NCBI RefSeq assembly: GCF_020745735.1
Contig: NC_083409.1
Span: 19,178,341 to 19,242,340, forward strand
Direction of reading: 5' to 3'
DNA length: 64,000 bases
Source of the DNA: Hemiscyllium ocellatum
Lineage: Eukaryota
Below, in pieces: positions 1-12,165 of this stretch (position 1 is the stretch's first letter; every line of letters begins with the position of its first letter). The position numbers were made by a program, and so were the translations under genes. The notes beneath the pieces were generated by a model, which worked only from the letters and a program-made list of their open reading frames with translations, did not search any database and was not told where the DNA came from.

Positions 1-349
1 GGTTTCTGCCATTCACTGTATAATTCCCACCTGTACATCACCTTTCAAAATGCATCACCTCACATTTGTCTGGATTAAACTACCTCTGCCATTTTTCTGT
101 CCAAGCATCCACCTGATCTCTATCCTGCTATATCCTAGATAATCCTTCTCATTATCTGCAATTCTACCAATCTTTGTATCAATTGTAAACTTACTAATTA
201 GACCAGCTACACATTCCTCCAAATCATTTATGTAGACCATATACAGCAGAGTTCCTTGTGGAACCCCACAAGTCACAGCCCTCCATTCTGAAATCCATCC
301 CCCCGTCACTGCCCTCTGTCTCCTCTGACTCAGCCAGTTCTGTATCCAA
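1..349 (-). mobile_element. CR1-clade LINE reverse-transcriptase fragment (decayed)
   Basis: ORF 55-375(-) contains WIQNWLSQRRQR...VTCGVPQG...YINDLEECV...KFTIDTK, the CR1 RT GVPQG/F(Y)INDL/KFADD segment. Confidence 0.85.
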
Positions 350-1130
350 TGCTGGGAACATTTTTGACAAGACACCTTGTTGCCAGCTCATTACAGCAAC
401 TTGATCCAGTTCACTCAGATAGAGACAAAGGACAATATGTAGATTTTTGAACAGGCCCCTACACCTGGTCCTGAGGCAGGAGCCCAATATCCAACACACT
501 GGCCTCACTTCACACCAACCTTCACAAAGTGCGGGGTCATGAACACCGGCCAACGATCCCTCTGGGACCGGGACAGAGTGAGGGAACAGGGACAATTGTA
601 GAAGAATCAATAAGGAGTAAAGCAGGATGGAGAGGGTGTGTTAGGAAGTGTTTAATGGAAGAAACATACTTTGTGATACCCAATACTAACATTGTCTCCG
701 TGTATCACAGAATCAAAAAAAAAGCACTTGTTTTGAAGACATTCAAAAGTCACACCAATGTACTTCTTTTTGATATATCATAGCATGCAGAGCATTTTCA
801 TTGTGGTGCGATAAGTATCCTGGTCCGAAAGCTGTTCTCTCTCTTGCCTTGTTTCTGCAGATGGAGCCAATTAGATCCTCGCAGAACCCCAGTTTATTTG
901 TAGTGTTCAGTAATGTGGGGATACCGATGGTGGACTGGGGAACACCTGATGAAGGAGCAGCACTTCAGAAGCTTGTGATTTCAAATGAACCTGTTGGGCT
1001 AGAACCTGGTGTTGTGTGCCTTCAGACTTTATATTGTTCAGGCACAGTGAAACAGCTGCCTTCTAGTAACTATAGTGAATGTGCACTTCAACTGAGGACG
1101 ATGAGTAATGACTCCTTCCATTATCCGAGA
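345..1130. repeat. Duplicated intronic block, copy A (paralogous to 11556-12165)
   Basis: Colinear similarity by eye, e.g. gaacaggcccctacacctgg, ccaacacactggcctcacttcacaccaaccttcac and cagtgaaacagctgcc are shared with copy B. Copy A has an extra ~165-bp insert (~870-1035). Confidence 0.85.
940..1030 (+). mobile_element. Penelope-type terminal repeat fragment (ctgatgaaggagcagc family)
   Basis: cctgatgaaggagcagcac...aacctgttgggctagaacctggtgttgtgtg; same family as 25170-25450; absent from paralogous block B. Confidence 0.7.
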
Positions 1131-1605
1131 ATAAACCCATTGGCATTCCGGGGGATTCCAGTGCGAATGACCTGTCAGGTGCTTCCCAGATATTTCCCAG
1201 GGAAGGTTAACAAGCAAGGATGGAGACGGGAGCGCGAAGCCTCAAGTGCTGTTCTGTGCAGTTTGGGGGCACACTTTGATAGCCAGTTGTTAGATCTTTT
1301 GAGTGTAATTCATTTTTTGCTGAGCCCAGTGTCAATCTGAAGGACACACCACCTTGCAGTCTGACAAACCAGGGTCACCCGTGTCATGGTTCTGTTTCTG
1401 ACCGAGGCTCCAGTCTTTCAAAGAGATGAATTCAAGCCTCACCAATTTGATAATTTGAATTATAGGTAATTTATTTTGATTTCTCCTGGGATTGGGTGGT
1501 TGTTGCCCTTCCCTAACTGTCCTGGAGAGGGCGGTGGTGAGCCATGAGTTTCTCGAAGAGGATCTGACAGAGGGACAAGGTCATGTCCTCGGCCTGAGCA
1601 CAACT

Positions 1606-1648
1606 GCCTGACCTGCTGTGCTTTTCCAGCGCCACACTTTTCGACTCC
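1606..1648 (+). mobile_element. 43-bp Penelope-tail micro-insertion with 10-bp TSD
   Basis: gcctgacctgctgtgcttttccagcgccacacttttcgactcc flanked by the direct repeat gagcacaact (1596-1605, 1649-1658). Confidence 0.75.
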
Positions 1649-2558
1649 GAGCACAACTATCCATCAGCAGAATGAGCTGTGACACAAGAGGAAACGTGGG
1701 AGTGTTGGAAAGGCGGCCTGGTCAGCCTGCAGAGGGGCAGAAACAGATTTGATGAATGAGCTGATATCCTCCCGAGCTGAGATGCAGACTCAGGCTTTCA
1801 GAGCCACACAGTTTACATTGTTACTGACCGTGGCTCCATGGGCAATGCTCCTGGCCCATAGTCAAAATGGTCATCGGATTGAAAGCCACCTCAGAAATGA
1901 GAGCACAGAATCCAGGCTGAGACCGGGGTGCACTGCTGAAAGTTGCACAGTCTCTGGCACCATCATTTGAGGCTCCACCACCATCACACCTCAACCACCC
2001 CCACCCCAACCTCAGGGGGCTCGACAAGATCCCATTCTGAAGAGATTCCCTCGGGGGCCCTGCTCAAAATTCAACTCGTTCCACCAAAACAGAGTTGTCT
2101 TGTCATTTGTTTCCTGTCTGTGGGACCTTACCATCTTGTCCGTGAACGTGACTGCTCTACGCTGACAGCTTTGAATATCCTGACAAACTAAAAAAAACTG
2201 CATCAACAAGAGTTCTCTCTCCATTATCATGTAAAAGGGGAGCAATGAGCAAGTGATAATGGACATTGAGCACAGACACTGAAGCTTCAGCTGAAAGGCT
2301 TATTGCACCATGTTAACCTGCTCCCTGGGCATTTCCTTCCAATGTCCGAGATGGTTATCAGGCTGGGATGGGCAATAAATGCTGGAGCTGGCAGTGACTC
2401 TTATATCCCAAGATGCAATTTGAACAATACCTGTCCTTTCATCGGGTTTATTCTGTATTGACTACAAATGTTCAATAAGATTGTATTGCCAGTGAATATA
2501 CTGAGAGTCAAAATCCATTTGTTTGGCAGGGATTAAAATTGTTTCTCTTGTCTTTCAG

Positions 2559-2887
2559 GCCGTGAGAACTCTCAGCCCAAGCTGACCCTGCTGCCCCCCT
2601 CCCCGGAGCAGGTCAATGTCAAGGGCACTGCCACCCTGGTGTGCCTTGCAAATCACTTTTATCCCGATGAGCTGGAGGTGCAGTGGAAGAAGGATGGTGC
2701 AGTCATTTTGGACGGGGTTCAGACCAGCAACTACCTGCGAGCTTCGTTCAGCACCTACAGTGTCAGCAGCCTGCTGACCCTCTCTGGGTCTGACTGGGAG
2801 TCCGACGCTCGCTTCTCCTGTGCCCTCACCCACGTGACCCTCCCCTCTCCCCTCAGCAAGAGCATCAGGAGATCAGAATGTGTGTAG
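2559..2887 (+). CDS. IGKC: Immunoglobulin light chain constant exon, kappa (nurse shark NS4 / type III-like)
   Basis: Acceptor ttgtctttcag|gc. Translates (X)RENSQPKLTLLPPSPEQVNVKGTATLVCLANHFYPDELEVQWKKDG...YSVSSLLTLSGSDWESDARFSCALTHVTLPSPLSKSIRRSECV*, with both C1-set cysteines, the Trp and the penultimate Cys. Closely matches my recollection of nurse shark NS4 C. Confidence 0.93.
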
Positions 2888-3758
2888 AGTGTTCAAGACA
2901 GTCCACAGAGGAGACACAACTTTAAATAGAACAGGGCTGAGCTGGCAGGTCAAAGGTCATTGTCAGCACTGAATTTCAACTCTCTTCCTCCTCAGGACTG
3001 CACAGAGATACGCCTGAGGTTTGGATGTTGAAGTAGGTCACTGCGACAGTGTGGAGAGACTTTACGCGATGTCAAACGTCATGCTGTCCTTGTCCAGGGA
3101 GTGTTTGATGGGGAAGTGTTGATTGTATGCCAAGTAAAATCTCTTGAAGTTGCTGAAGACTGTCAGCTGTACAAAATAATGTGAACCTCAGAAGTCTCTG
3201 CTTCAGTAAACCAGATCGTCTTCCTGCTTAGCAGTCAGTTCCAATTTAGGGTTTTGTCACTGTTTAAAGGGACAGAATTTTCATGTTATTGAGCAAATCT
3301 CCACAAGTGTTTTCCTTATGCTCCAATGTGGCTGTGATTTTGAGCAGCTTCCTCTGTCTGGGCTGTTAATTGCAGGTTTTTTTCTGTCAATGTGAATGTG
3401 GAAAAGGGAATAAAGATGAAGATTCAGTCTCTGTCTCTGTGCGCTTTGGAAATAGATGACCTTCCCCACCCCAGTTGATTGGCTGCATTTCATCAGGTCA
3501 TTGTCAAGATTGGCTGGTTGGCCTGTCAATCAATTACAATCATCTATCATTAATCATTTTCAAATGATCCCTTTGGTCAGGAATTTATGCAGATTACAAG
3601 ATTCCAAAAAGAACAGAAACTGAAAGTTGTTAGGACTCAATAAGTACAATCCGACACATTCCCTCCAGGCCCAGCTGATGGGATTGCACTGTGCAATCTT
3701 TGCGGCGTGTTGGGTAGCCCCGAAACAATCTTCAGTCATTCACAGACATTGTTGGCTG

Positions 3759-3897
3759 TGTCTCTCACAGTGTGAATGTTATACTTTATGCTGCCTGTAG
3801 GCGTCTCTCTCAGTGTGAGTGTGTTACTCTATGCTGCCTGTAGGTGTCTCTCTCAGTGTGAGTGTGTTACTCTGTGCTGCCTGTAGGTGTCTCTCTG
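3759..3897. repeat. 43-bp minisatellite, ~3.2 copies
   Basis: Unit tgtctctctcagtgtgagtgtgttactctatgctgcctgtagg; unit ends at 3801, 3844, 3887. Confidence 0.9.
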
Positions 3898-4699
3898 AGG
3901 TCTGTGTCTCCGAGCGATGGATTGAGAATGGGCTTTGTGCTGGGGATTGAAGATGAGACTTTATTCTTCTCAAATCATGAATGAAAAACAGCTCAGCTGA
4001 TTCAGTCTGAGAGGCAGTTCATTCAGATTGCCAAAGTTAAAAAGCACACAATACCAGGTTTGAGTCAAACAGCTTTATTTGGAAGTAGAAGTACTCGGTG
4101 CGCTGTTCCTTCATCAGGTAGCTGGAAGGGCAGTATCACAGGACACAGAGTTTATAGTAAATTCAGATGGCAGCTGAGAGTGTATTCTTGGTAAGGGAGG
4201 GATTTCAGAGGCAGTGGGCACTGTGCTCCCTAATGAGTTGCCCAATTGCAAGGGGATTTTCTGGATACAGGCTCAGAGCAGTAGTGGCTGCCTGCCCAGC
4301 CAATGCTGGCTCACCATAGTTGTATTTCAGTTGTCAATTAGCCCGAAATTAGGAGCAGCAATATTACCTTCCAGGGAGGGGAGCTGTCTGAGGGAGGGAA
4401 GTTGAATTCTTACAGCCCCAAGAGAGGTTGCAGTGGATTAATGACAGGTATGACCACCATGAAGGTGCCAAGTTCTCTCCTCCTGTCCCAGCTGTGATGC
4501 CCCTCAGGTTAAAACATGACTGTGCTCCTTTAGGATGATGACCATGTTCCTGGGTGAGGTAGGGAGGGAAGGTCACCCTCCCCCAAAGGCAGCACAAGCT
4601 GGATCAAAGGGGCATCAAGAGTAAGCATGGGGAGATTGAGGGTGACAGAAGGAGGGGGTTGGTTGTCAGGTTGTTATTCAGAGTCAGATACCAGAGTAT

Positions 4700-5875
4700 C
4701 AGTCCTTCTGACACTCCCCTTTATTTTAGAACCTCTGACACTCCTGTTTATTTTTTTTCTATTACCTCACAGTACCGCCTAACTGCGGTCGTGCTTATTT
4801 TTTCCCCAGCACCCGTGTGTGTGTGTGCAGGTGTGAGACACAGTGAGAGACACAAGGTGTATGAATCTTTATTCAGTTTCCACCACCAGGAAGAAAGGAA
4901 ACACCTAAGTGGCCAGTGACAAGCAGTGGCCTTTGCATCAAAGGGCAATGCTGTGTGATCAAACAGTGCAGGGGAGGGCAGGGATTAAATTAAAATAGAT
5001 TTGAAGGGGGAGATAATACACTCCACTCCCTGCGGTGCCCCCCTCTCCCTGAACAACTCCAGGGTGTTGGTGGAGACCGCATGCTCCTTCTTCAAGGACA
5101 CCCGGGCTCTAACGTAACCACGGAAGAGGGGCAGGCAGTCGGCACAAACGACCCCCTCCATGGCCCACTGCCTGGACCTGTTTATGGCCAGTTTGGCCAG
5201 GCCCAGGAGCAAACCCACGAGGAGGTCTTCAGACCTGCCCTCCCTCCTCCGTACCGGGTGCCCGAAGATCAGGAGTGTGGGACTGAAGTGCAACCAAAAG
5301 CAGAGGAGGAGGTTTTTAAGAAAATCAAAAAGGGAGTGCAAATGCCCGCACCCAATATACACATGGTTCACGGTCTCCACAGCTCCACAGAACAAGCAGT
5401 TGGGCCGGGAGTCCGTGAACCACCGCAATCAGCAGTTGCAGAGGACCGCTGCGTGCAACACCCTCCACCCCAGATCCCCGATAGAAAGGGGAAGGACTCC
5501 TACGTAGAAAGCCCTCCACTGGGGATCTCCACCGCCTGGTGGCAAATGGGCACGCCAAGGCGTGTCCGGACGGTGGATAAGGGAGAAGAGATGGACGGTG
5601 TGCAGCAGCAGTCGATACAGGGTCTGCCTTTTTACTTCCTTAAAAGGGACTAAATTAAAATTCCGGAGGTGGCTCAGGTTGTGGGGCACAAGCTCCCGCG
5701 GAAAGTACGGAACCTTGGGGCCAGTGTGAAATTCCGTCTAGGCTGGGGTGAGCGCGGACGGGATCCCACCGCACACCTGAGCATCCTCCAACTGGTGCAC
5801 TACGTCGGATCCGAGCACAGCCGTTTGACACTCCCCTTCTCATCTGTCAGCCAGGACTCCCTGATTGGACAAGGT
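4700..5875 (-). mobile_element. Tx1/L1-clade LINE, 5'-truncated (ORF2 C-terminus + 3' UTR)
   Basis: ORF 4985-5428(-) has the CCHC knuckle CLFCGAVETVNHVYIGC followed by LLGLAKLAINRSR, typical of the Tx1-like ORF2 C-terminus. The 3' boundary is approximate. Confidence 0.85.
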
Positions 5876-6062
5876 TAACTGTCCCTGTCAGGGAACTCAT
5901 ATTATATATAAAAGAATAAAACATTTATTGAACAAGGATCTCAAGAGCTAAATGGCACTAGACAAAATGAATGGTTTGAAAGGTTTCATTACGAACACCG
6001 CAAATGAGATTTGGTGAAGAACATTTTCACTCAGCGGGTGGTGGGAATCTGGAATGGACTGT

Positions 6063-6362
6063 CATAGAATCCCTGCTGTGAGGAAACAAGTTATTTGGCC
6101 CAACAAGTCCACACTGACCCTTGGAAGAGTAACCCACCCAAGACCCAATCCCCATCCCATTACTCTACTTTTCCCCTGACTAATGAATCTAACCAACCAA
6201 TCCCTGCCCACTATGGGCAATTTAGCACAGCCAATTCACCTAACCTGCACGTCTTTAGATTGTGGGAGGAAACCAGAGCACTCAGAGGAAACCTACGCAG
6301 ACATGGGGAGAATGTGCAAACTCCACACAGACATTTGCCTGAGGCTGGAATCGAACCCGAGT
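6063..6362 (-). mobile_element. HE1-like V-SINE, tRNA head truncated
   Basis: Reverse complement carries the B-box gggttcgattcc, the V-domain gtgtggagtttgcacattctcccc...ggtttcctcccacaatc and a CR1-like tail. Confidence 0.85.
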
Positions 6363-9190
6363 CAAAACATTCGGACCTGCCTTGACTTCGCTCCAGCTTT
6401 TGCAAAAACCCCTGGCCCTACCCACTCTGCAACCAAGACTCCGACTTCATTTCCCGAGTCACTCTGAGTCCAACTGCCTACCTGCAGCCAGCCAGCACAC
6501 TCACTCACCCTCCTCACCCATACACCCCCACATTGCACCCTATCCCTCCACTTCTCCCTCTTCACCTCATCCCCACCTTCCCACTCCCCCACCTCACTCC
6601 ACAACCCACCTCCGCCCCAATCTCCTTTCTCTCCCACACCCATTCCCCAGTGCTACATCACAATTAACCCTCACCCACCACATGCCATCACCTTTCCCCC
6701 CTTCCCTCCTTCAGCCACCTTGGGCCCTACCCAAAAACCTCACCCCCGAGCCTTGCCCCATTTTTACAATCCCTCCCCACACCCCCAACCTCAAACTCTC
6801 TGAGGCCAAAAGGTCCATCCTCAGGAAAGGGCTCACAGTCATTCCTGCCTGACCCCCATCTCAACGAAACCCGCACCCACCATGACATGGAGCTCTTCTT
6901 CCGCCGCCTCTACCTCCGTGTCTTCTTCTTTAACAAAAACTACCAACCTCCCTCTGAGGACCCCTCCTCCCACCTCCAACCTTCCTCCTCCATTTGGCCA
7001 ACCCCCCATCCCCCACCACCAGCTGTGCACAGATCCTCGACCTCTTCAGTGCTGACCACTGACGTGACATCAGCCGCCTCAATTTCTCCACCTCCCCCAC
7101 CCCCGTCACCCTCTCCAACCACCTCCCCCTCTGATTGAGGACTCCATTCTCTCCGCACCAACCCCTGGTTCACTATCAAACCCATAGACAAAGGTGAGGT
7201 GGTGATAGTCTGGAGAACAGACCTAAATGTCACAGAGACTGAACGCCAATTCTCCAACACCATGCCTTACTTCTCCCCTGCCCATAACCCCGCGGTGACC
7301 CATCAGGCCAAAATCACTTGCCTCATTGTCTCCAGTGACCTCCCCTCCATTGCCTCCAATCTCATATACCCCCAGCCCCACAATGCCCAGTTCTATCTGC
7401 TCCTCAAGATCCACAAGTCCAACTACCCTGCCTGACCCATTGTCTCAGCATGCTCCTGCTCCACCGAACTCCTCTCATCCTACCTCAACTCTCCTCCTTG
7501 GTTCAGGCACTTACTTCACACCTACATCCATTACACCAACCACACCCTCCATCTCTTCAGTAATGTCCAGATCCCCAGCCCTGAGCACTTTATCTCCACT
7601 ATGGATGTGCAGACCTTATATATATCCATACCCGATAAGGATGGCCTCCAGACCATCCACCTTTTCCTCTGCAACAGACCTATCCAGTCCCCCTCCGCCA
7701 ATGCCCTCCTCCGCCTTGCTGAACTAGTCCTCACCCCCAACAATGTTTACTTTAACTCCTCCCATTTCCTCCAAATCCAGGGGTTGGCCATGGGCACCCA
7801 GATAGGCCCCAGCTACGCCTGCTTCTTTATCGACTATGTTGTACAGTCCCTCTTCAGTATCTACACAGGCACTGTGCACCAACTCTTTTGCCATTACATC
7901 AATGACTGCATCAGTGCAGTGACCTGCACCCAGGCTGAACTGGAGCAGTTCATCGACTTTGCCCACAACTTCCACCCCGTCCTCAAATTCCCTTGGTCCA
8001 TCTCGGACATCTCCCTCCCCTTTTTTGACCTCTCTATTTCCAATTCTGGTGATAATCTACAGACAGAAGTTTACTACATACCCACAGACTCCCATATTTT
8101 ACTAGACTACACCTCCTCCCACCCAGTATCCTGTAAGAACTCCATCTCATTCTCCAAATTCCTCTGCCTCTGCCCCATCTGCTCGGATGAGGAGATATTC
8201 CACTGATCACAGATGTCCAACTGTTACAAACAATGTGTTTTTCCTCCTTCTGCCATCCACTGCACCACATCTATTTCCTGTTCCGCTGCTCTAAACCCAC
8301 CCCCCTCTAAATACAATAAAGGCAGAATCCCTATTGTCGTCACCTATCACCCACCAATCTCTGAATCCAATGCATCATTCTTAAACACTTCCATCAACTT
8401 TAACTAGACCACACCACCAAATACCTCTTCCTCTCCCCACCCCTGGCTGCCTTCCACAAGGACCATTTCCTTCGATAATTCTTGATCTGTGCCACTCGCA
8501 CTGCAACCATCTCCAACCCCTCGGTACCTTCCCCTGAAACCTGAAAACATGCAAAGCCTGCTGGTACACCAATCCGTCCCCTCCATCCAGGGGTGACAGA
8601 GGTTCACCTGCTTCTCCTCCAACCTAGATTACTGCATCAGGTGATCCCCATGTGGTCTTCTCTACATCGGGAAGAGCAAACGTAAACTGAGGAACATTTC
8701 ACCAAACATCTCAGCCGGACCCACAGTGGCCGAGCAGTCCTACCAGTCATCACACATTTTGATTCCCCTTCCCACTCCATTTTTGACATGACCATCATTG
8801 GCGTCCTCCATTGCCACAATGAACCAAACCACATATTGGAGCAACAACATCTCATCTTCCTTCTGGCAGCATATAGACCAGATGACTCAACACTGAGTTC
8901 TCCAATTTCAAATAACCTCCCTTCCCATCCCCTGACTCCCTTGCCAGCACCTCTCCCTCCCTTCCACTACTCCCTTACACCTACCAGATTCATTCCTCTC
9001 ACTGACCAACCAGATCATACCCTCCACCTGTCATCACCTATTCCCACTTCATCATCCTGTCCCCCGCCACCTCTTTATCTGCAGCTCCCCCTAAACCCAC
9101 CCCATTCCTGAAGAAGGGTTACACCCGAAACATCAGCTTCTCCACCGCCTGATGCTGCCTGACCTGCTGTATTCTTCCAGCCTCCTGCCT
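6363..9190 (+). mobile_element. Penelope-like retroelement (RT + GIY-YIG), decayed, near full length
   Basis: RT motifs MDVQTLYISIP, GLAMGTQIGPSYAC and HYINDC (YIDD). The GIY-YIG region YCIR*SPCGLLYIG lies near 8625-8680. The terminal repeat starts cctgaagaagggttacacccgaaac. Confidence 0.9.
9104..9134 (+). ncRNA. Degenerate minimal hammerhead ribozyme motif at the Penelope 3' terminus
   Basis: CUGAAGA-A-GGGU-UAC-ACCC-GAAAC-AUC. Core and helix II are intact, but the cleavage triplet reads AUC (G16.2 lost) and helix I does not pair well. Confidence 0.5.
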
Positions 9191-9229
9191 GTCATTGAAT
9201 GCAACCAGCAGGAAAGGGTTAGACAATCA

Positions 9230-9640
9230 AGGGTGAGGCTCACAAACAAATGGGAATGGTACGTGCTACAGACAGATGCATTCAGACAGTCAATCACAAA
9301 AAGAAGACCAAACTGGAAATGAAACACTAATCCACAGTGGATGGAATTTAATATCAGAAAGTGTGAGACCATGAACATGGGTCAGAATAATCTAAAGGCC
9401 GACTATTATTTAAATAGTGAGAGATTCCAACAAAATGCAGTACAGAGTGATCGGGGTAGTAATGTGCATGAAACACTGAAAGTTAGTGCAGGTACAGCGA
9501 GTAATTGAGAAGGCGAATGGAATTTTCAACTTTATTGCTGGGGGTTGCAATTTAAAAGTAGAGAAGTCTTGTTAAAACTGTACGGGATGTTAGTGAGGCT
9601 GCATCTGGGGTATTGTGTGAAATTTTGCTCTCTGCATTTA
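9230..9640 (+). mobile_element. CR1-clade LINE 3' fragment
   Basis: ...FKSREVLLKLYGMLVRLHLGYCVKF..., matching the CR1 ORF2 C-terminal LVRPHLEYCVQFW motif. Confidence 0.8.
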
Positions 9641-11555
9641 AGAAAGAATGGACAGCCGTTGGAGTCGTCCTCCAACTCCTATTTCCCATATCCTTATGTG
9701 CTCCAATGTCCTTCCCTCACAGCGGAGCTGGTTTGTCTCTGCCTTCAGTAGCAGCCTCCAGTCTCTGGGTGGTGCTACCAAAAGATCTGCATTGCCCAGG
9801 CTGTCACAGTTCCCACATCACAATAATGTCTGGTTTTTGGAAGGATTCCATTGGCTGTAAAATATTTTCGAACATCCTAAGTTCAAGGGTGGTATAACAA
9901 AAATATAATTCTCTCTCCTTTTATATTTTATTTCTATGCCTTCCCACCTGTCTCCTGACAACATCACAGACTTGTGTAAAATCTAGAATGAATCATGAAT
10001 CTCTGGGAGAACTTACTCTGTGACAACACGAGGATTAATGACCACCTCCTCAGTGGGCTTTGAGGGTGAAGGTCAATAGCACTCTCACTGGGACTTGATC
10101 TGAGTTGTCTCCAGTTAGTCAGTGTTATTGTTCTGGGTCCAGACAGTACTGACCAACCCTGTGTTCTGATTGAGATGAAGGGTGAGCTGTACTGGGATTT
10201 CACACGTGGCTTACACACACGTAGTGAAGCAGGGATTACCCATTTCATGAGAGTAAATGGAACTATCAAAATGGGTGGATGTGACACCCCCAAACTCTCG
10301 CTAAGATAGTGGGGACAGAAATAGTAATATTCTCAGACAGAAAGGATGATAGAAATGGTACCCCACAGACAGACGTGGGACAGGAAAAGGGACGTTCCCA
10401 AAAGACAGGGGACAGAAACTGTCTGTTCCCTACTTTCTTGTTGTAACATATGTCTTTGGGAAATTGGTTTGGTTTATACTTTCGCAGTGTATTTAGGTTT
10501 GATGAGGTGATTGGGAACAATGATTCCAATTCTATATTTCCTGTCACAGCAGATCCACTGAAGATCATCCTTTCATTTGGAGGTTGCCCAGGTTTCTGTC
10601 CAGGCTGATACAGCATGATCTACCAGTGCTGCTCCTACTGGGCTAAACGATCACACACCAGGGAATCTGACAGCACTTTCTCTTTGTGCTGGCAAAGGGA
10701 GACATTTGCTTTTACTGCAATGGTGGCCAGAGAAATGAGTCAGTGGATGTATTTCTAGCTGAGCACAATGTTCTGATGTTCATGATGGGATTAACCTCGA
10801 CAGTTCCCATTTGCCTTTACATCAACAGTGGAACAGGAAGTCACCACGCAGTGGTCTCCTGGCTCACACTGAGAAACCAAGTTGATGGTATAACTGCAGA
10901 GAGAAAGGCAATGGCTTGGACTCACCAAACAACCAGAGGCTTCAGCCAACAACTAGATTACAGACAAATGGCGTGTTGTGTAATCTCTCAGTATCTCAGG
11001 GAACAAACACAACTACTGAGCTACAAAACCGAACAGGATATTTTTATGAAAATCAGCATTCTAAAAATGAACCCCAAACACAATATGTATAAAACCTGGG
11101 TACAATCTAATTTCAGAGACTACAGCATTTTCTTTGAATTTTCTGGACAATAATGAGATGGGAATTCAGCCACCCACTCCATCACACGGTGTTGAAGTTG
11201 CACTGTCCTCAGCATAACACGGTTCAAAGCCTTTTAATAACACGAAAGGGGAGAGGAACATTACAAACTGTATTACCACAAGTGAGGATCCATTAACAAC
11301 TAAGGCCATGATGTTGAATGCTCCCAACCATAAACAACACTGATGCATTCCCATCATTAGTTTGTTCAGTGATGTTAAAAGTCTGCCTAACACTTTCATG
11401 AAGACAGAGTATTTTAAATCTCAAGAGGCATCGATTTATTTTTCAGTACCATAGCAAGGAAGCAGCAGTTGACATATAAACTCTAACACGCTAATGATAA
11501 CAGGCATTTTGTACAGAGCTGGCTCCTGAGAGAAAACAATCAACAGCAGAGATCT

Positions 11556-12165
11556 GTCCAGTGCTGGGAACACTTTAGACAAGACAGTTTGTTGCTTGCA
11601 AGTTACTGCAGCTTGAAAATTCCAGTACAGTCAGAAAGAGAAAAAGGACAATGTGCAGATTGTTGAACAGGCCCCTACACCTGGGCCTGAGGCAGGAGCC
11701 CAAGCTCCAACACACTGGCCTCACTTCACACCAACCTTCACACACTGCGGGGTCATGAACTCTGGCCATCAATCCCTCTGGGACAGGAATGGAGTGAGGG
11801 AACAAGGACAATTGTAGAAGAGTCAATAAAGAGTAAAGCAAAATGGAGAGGGTGTGTTGGAAAGGGGTTTGAGGAGGAAATATACTTTGTGCCTCTCGAT
11901 ACTGATATTGTCCATTTGTATCACAGAAAGAACAAAACAGCACACTGTGAAGACAATCACAAGTTACACCAAAGTACTTTTCTTATCACAGGGGACATTT
12001 TCATTGTGGTATGATAAGTACCCTGCTTCTGAAGCTGTACACACTCTCTGCATCTTTGCAGTTTATTTTTTACTGATCAGGGACAGTGAAGCAGCTGCCC
12101 TCTAGTGGCAAGAGAGCGCTTGCCCTGCTGCTGAGGATTATGGGTAAAGTCCCGTTCCATTTGCG
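11556..12165. repeat. Duplicated block, copy B (paralog of 345-1130)
   Basis: See copy A. Same orientation, ~11.2 kb downstream, and not followed by a C exon. Confidence 0.85.

Noticed and set aside
1-2558. J-kappa segment or recombination signal sequences
   Set aside because: No FGXGT-coding segment and no heptamer with a properly spaced nonamer; cacagtg at ~1043 and cactgtg at ~11943 lack nonamers. J is presumably upstream of the window.
3409-3414. Poly(A) signal of the kappa transcript
   Set aside because: This AATAAA is ~520 nt past the stop and cannot be assigned without transcript data.
6382-7727. Pro/Ser/Thr-rich ORFs
   Set aside because: Products of the C-rich strand of the Penelope element, not host genes.
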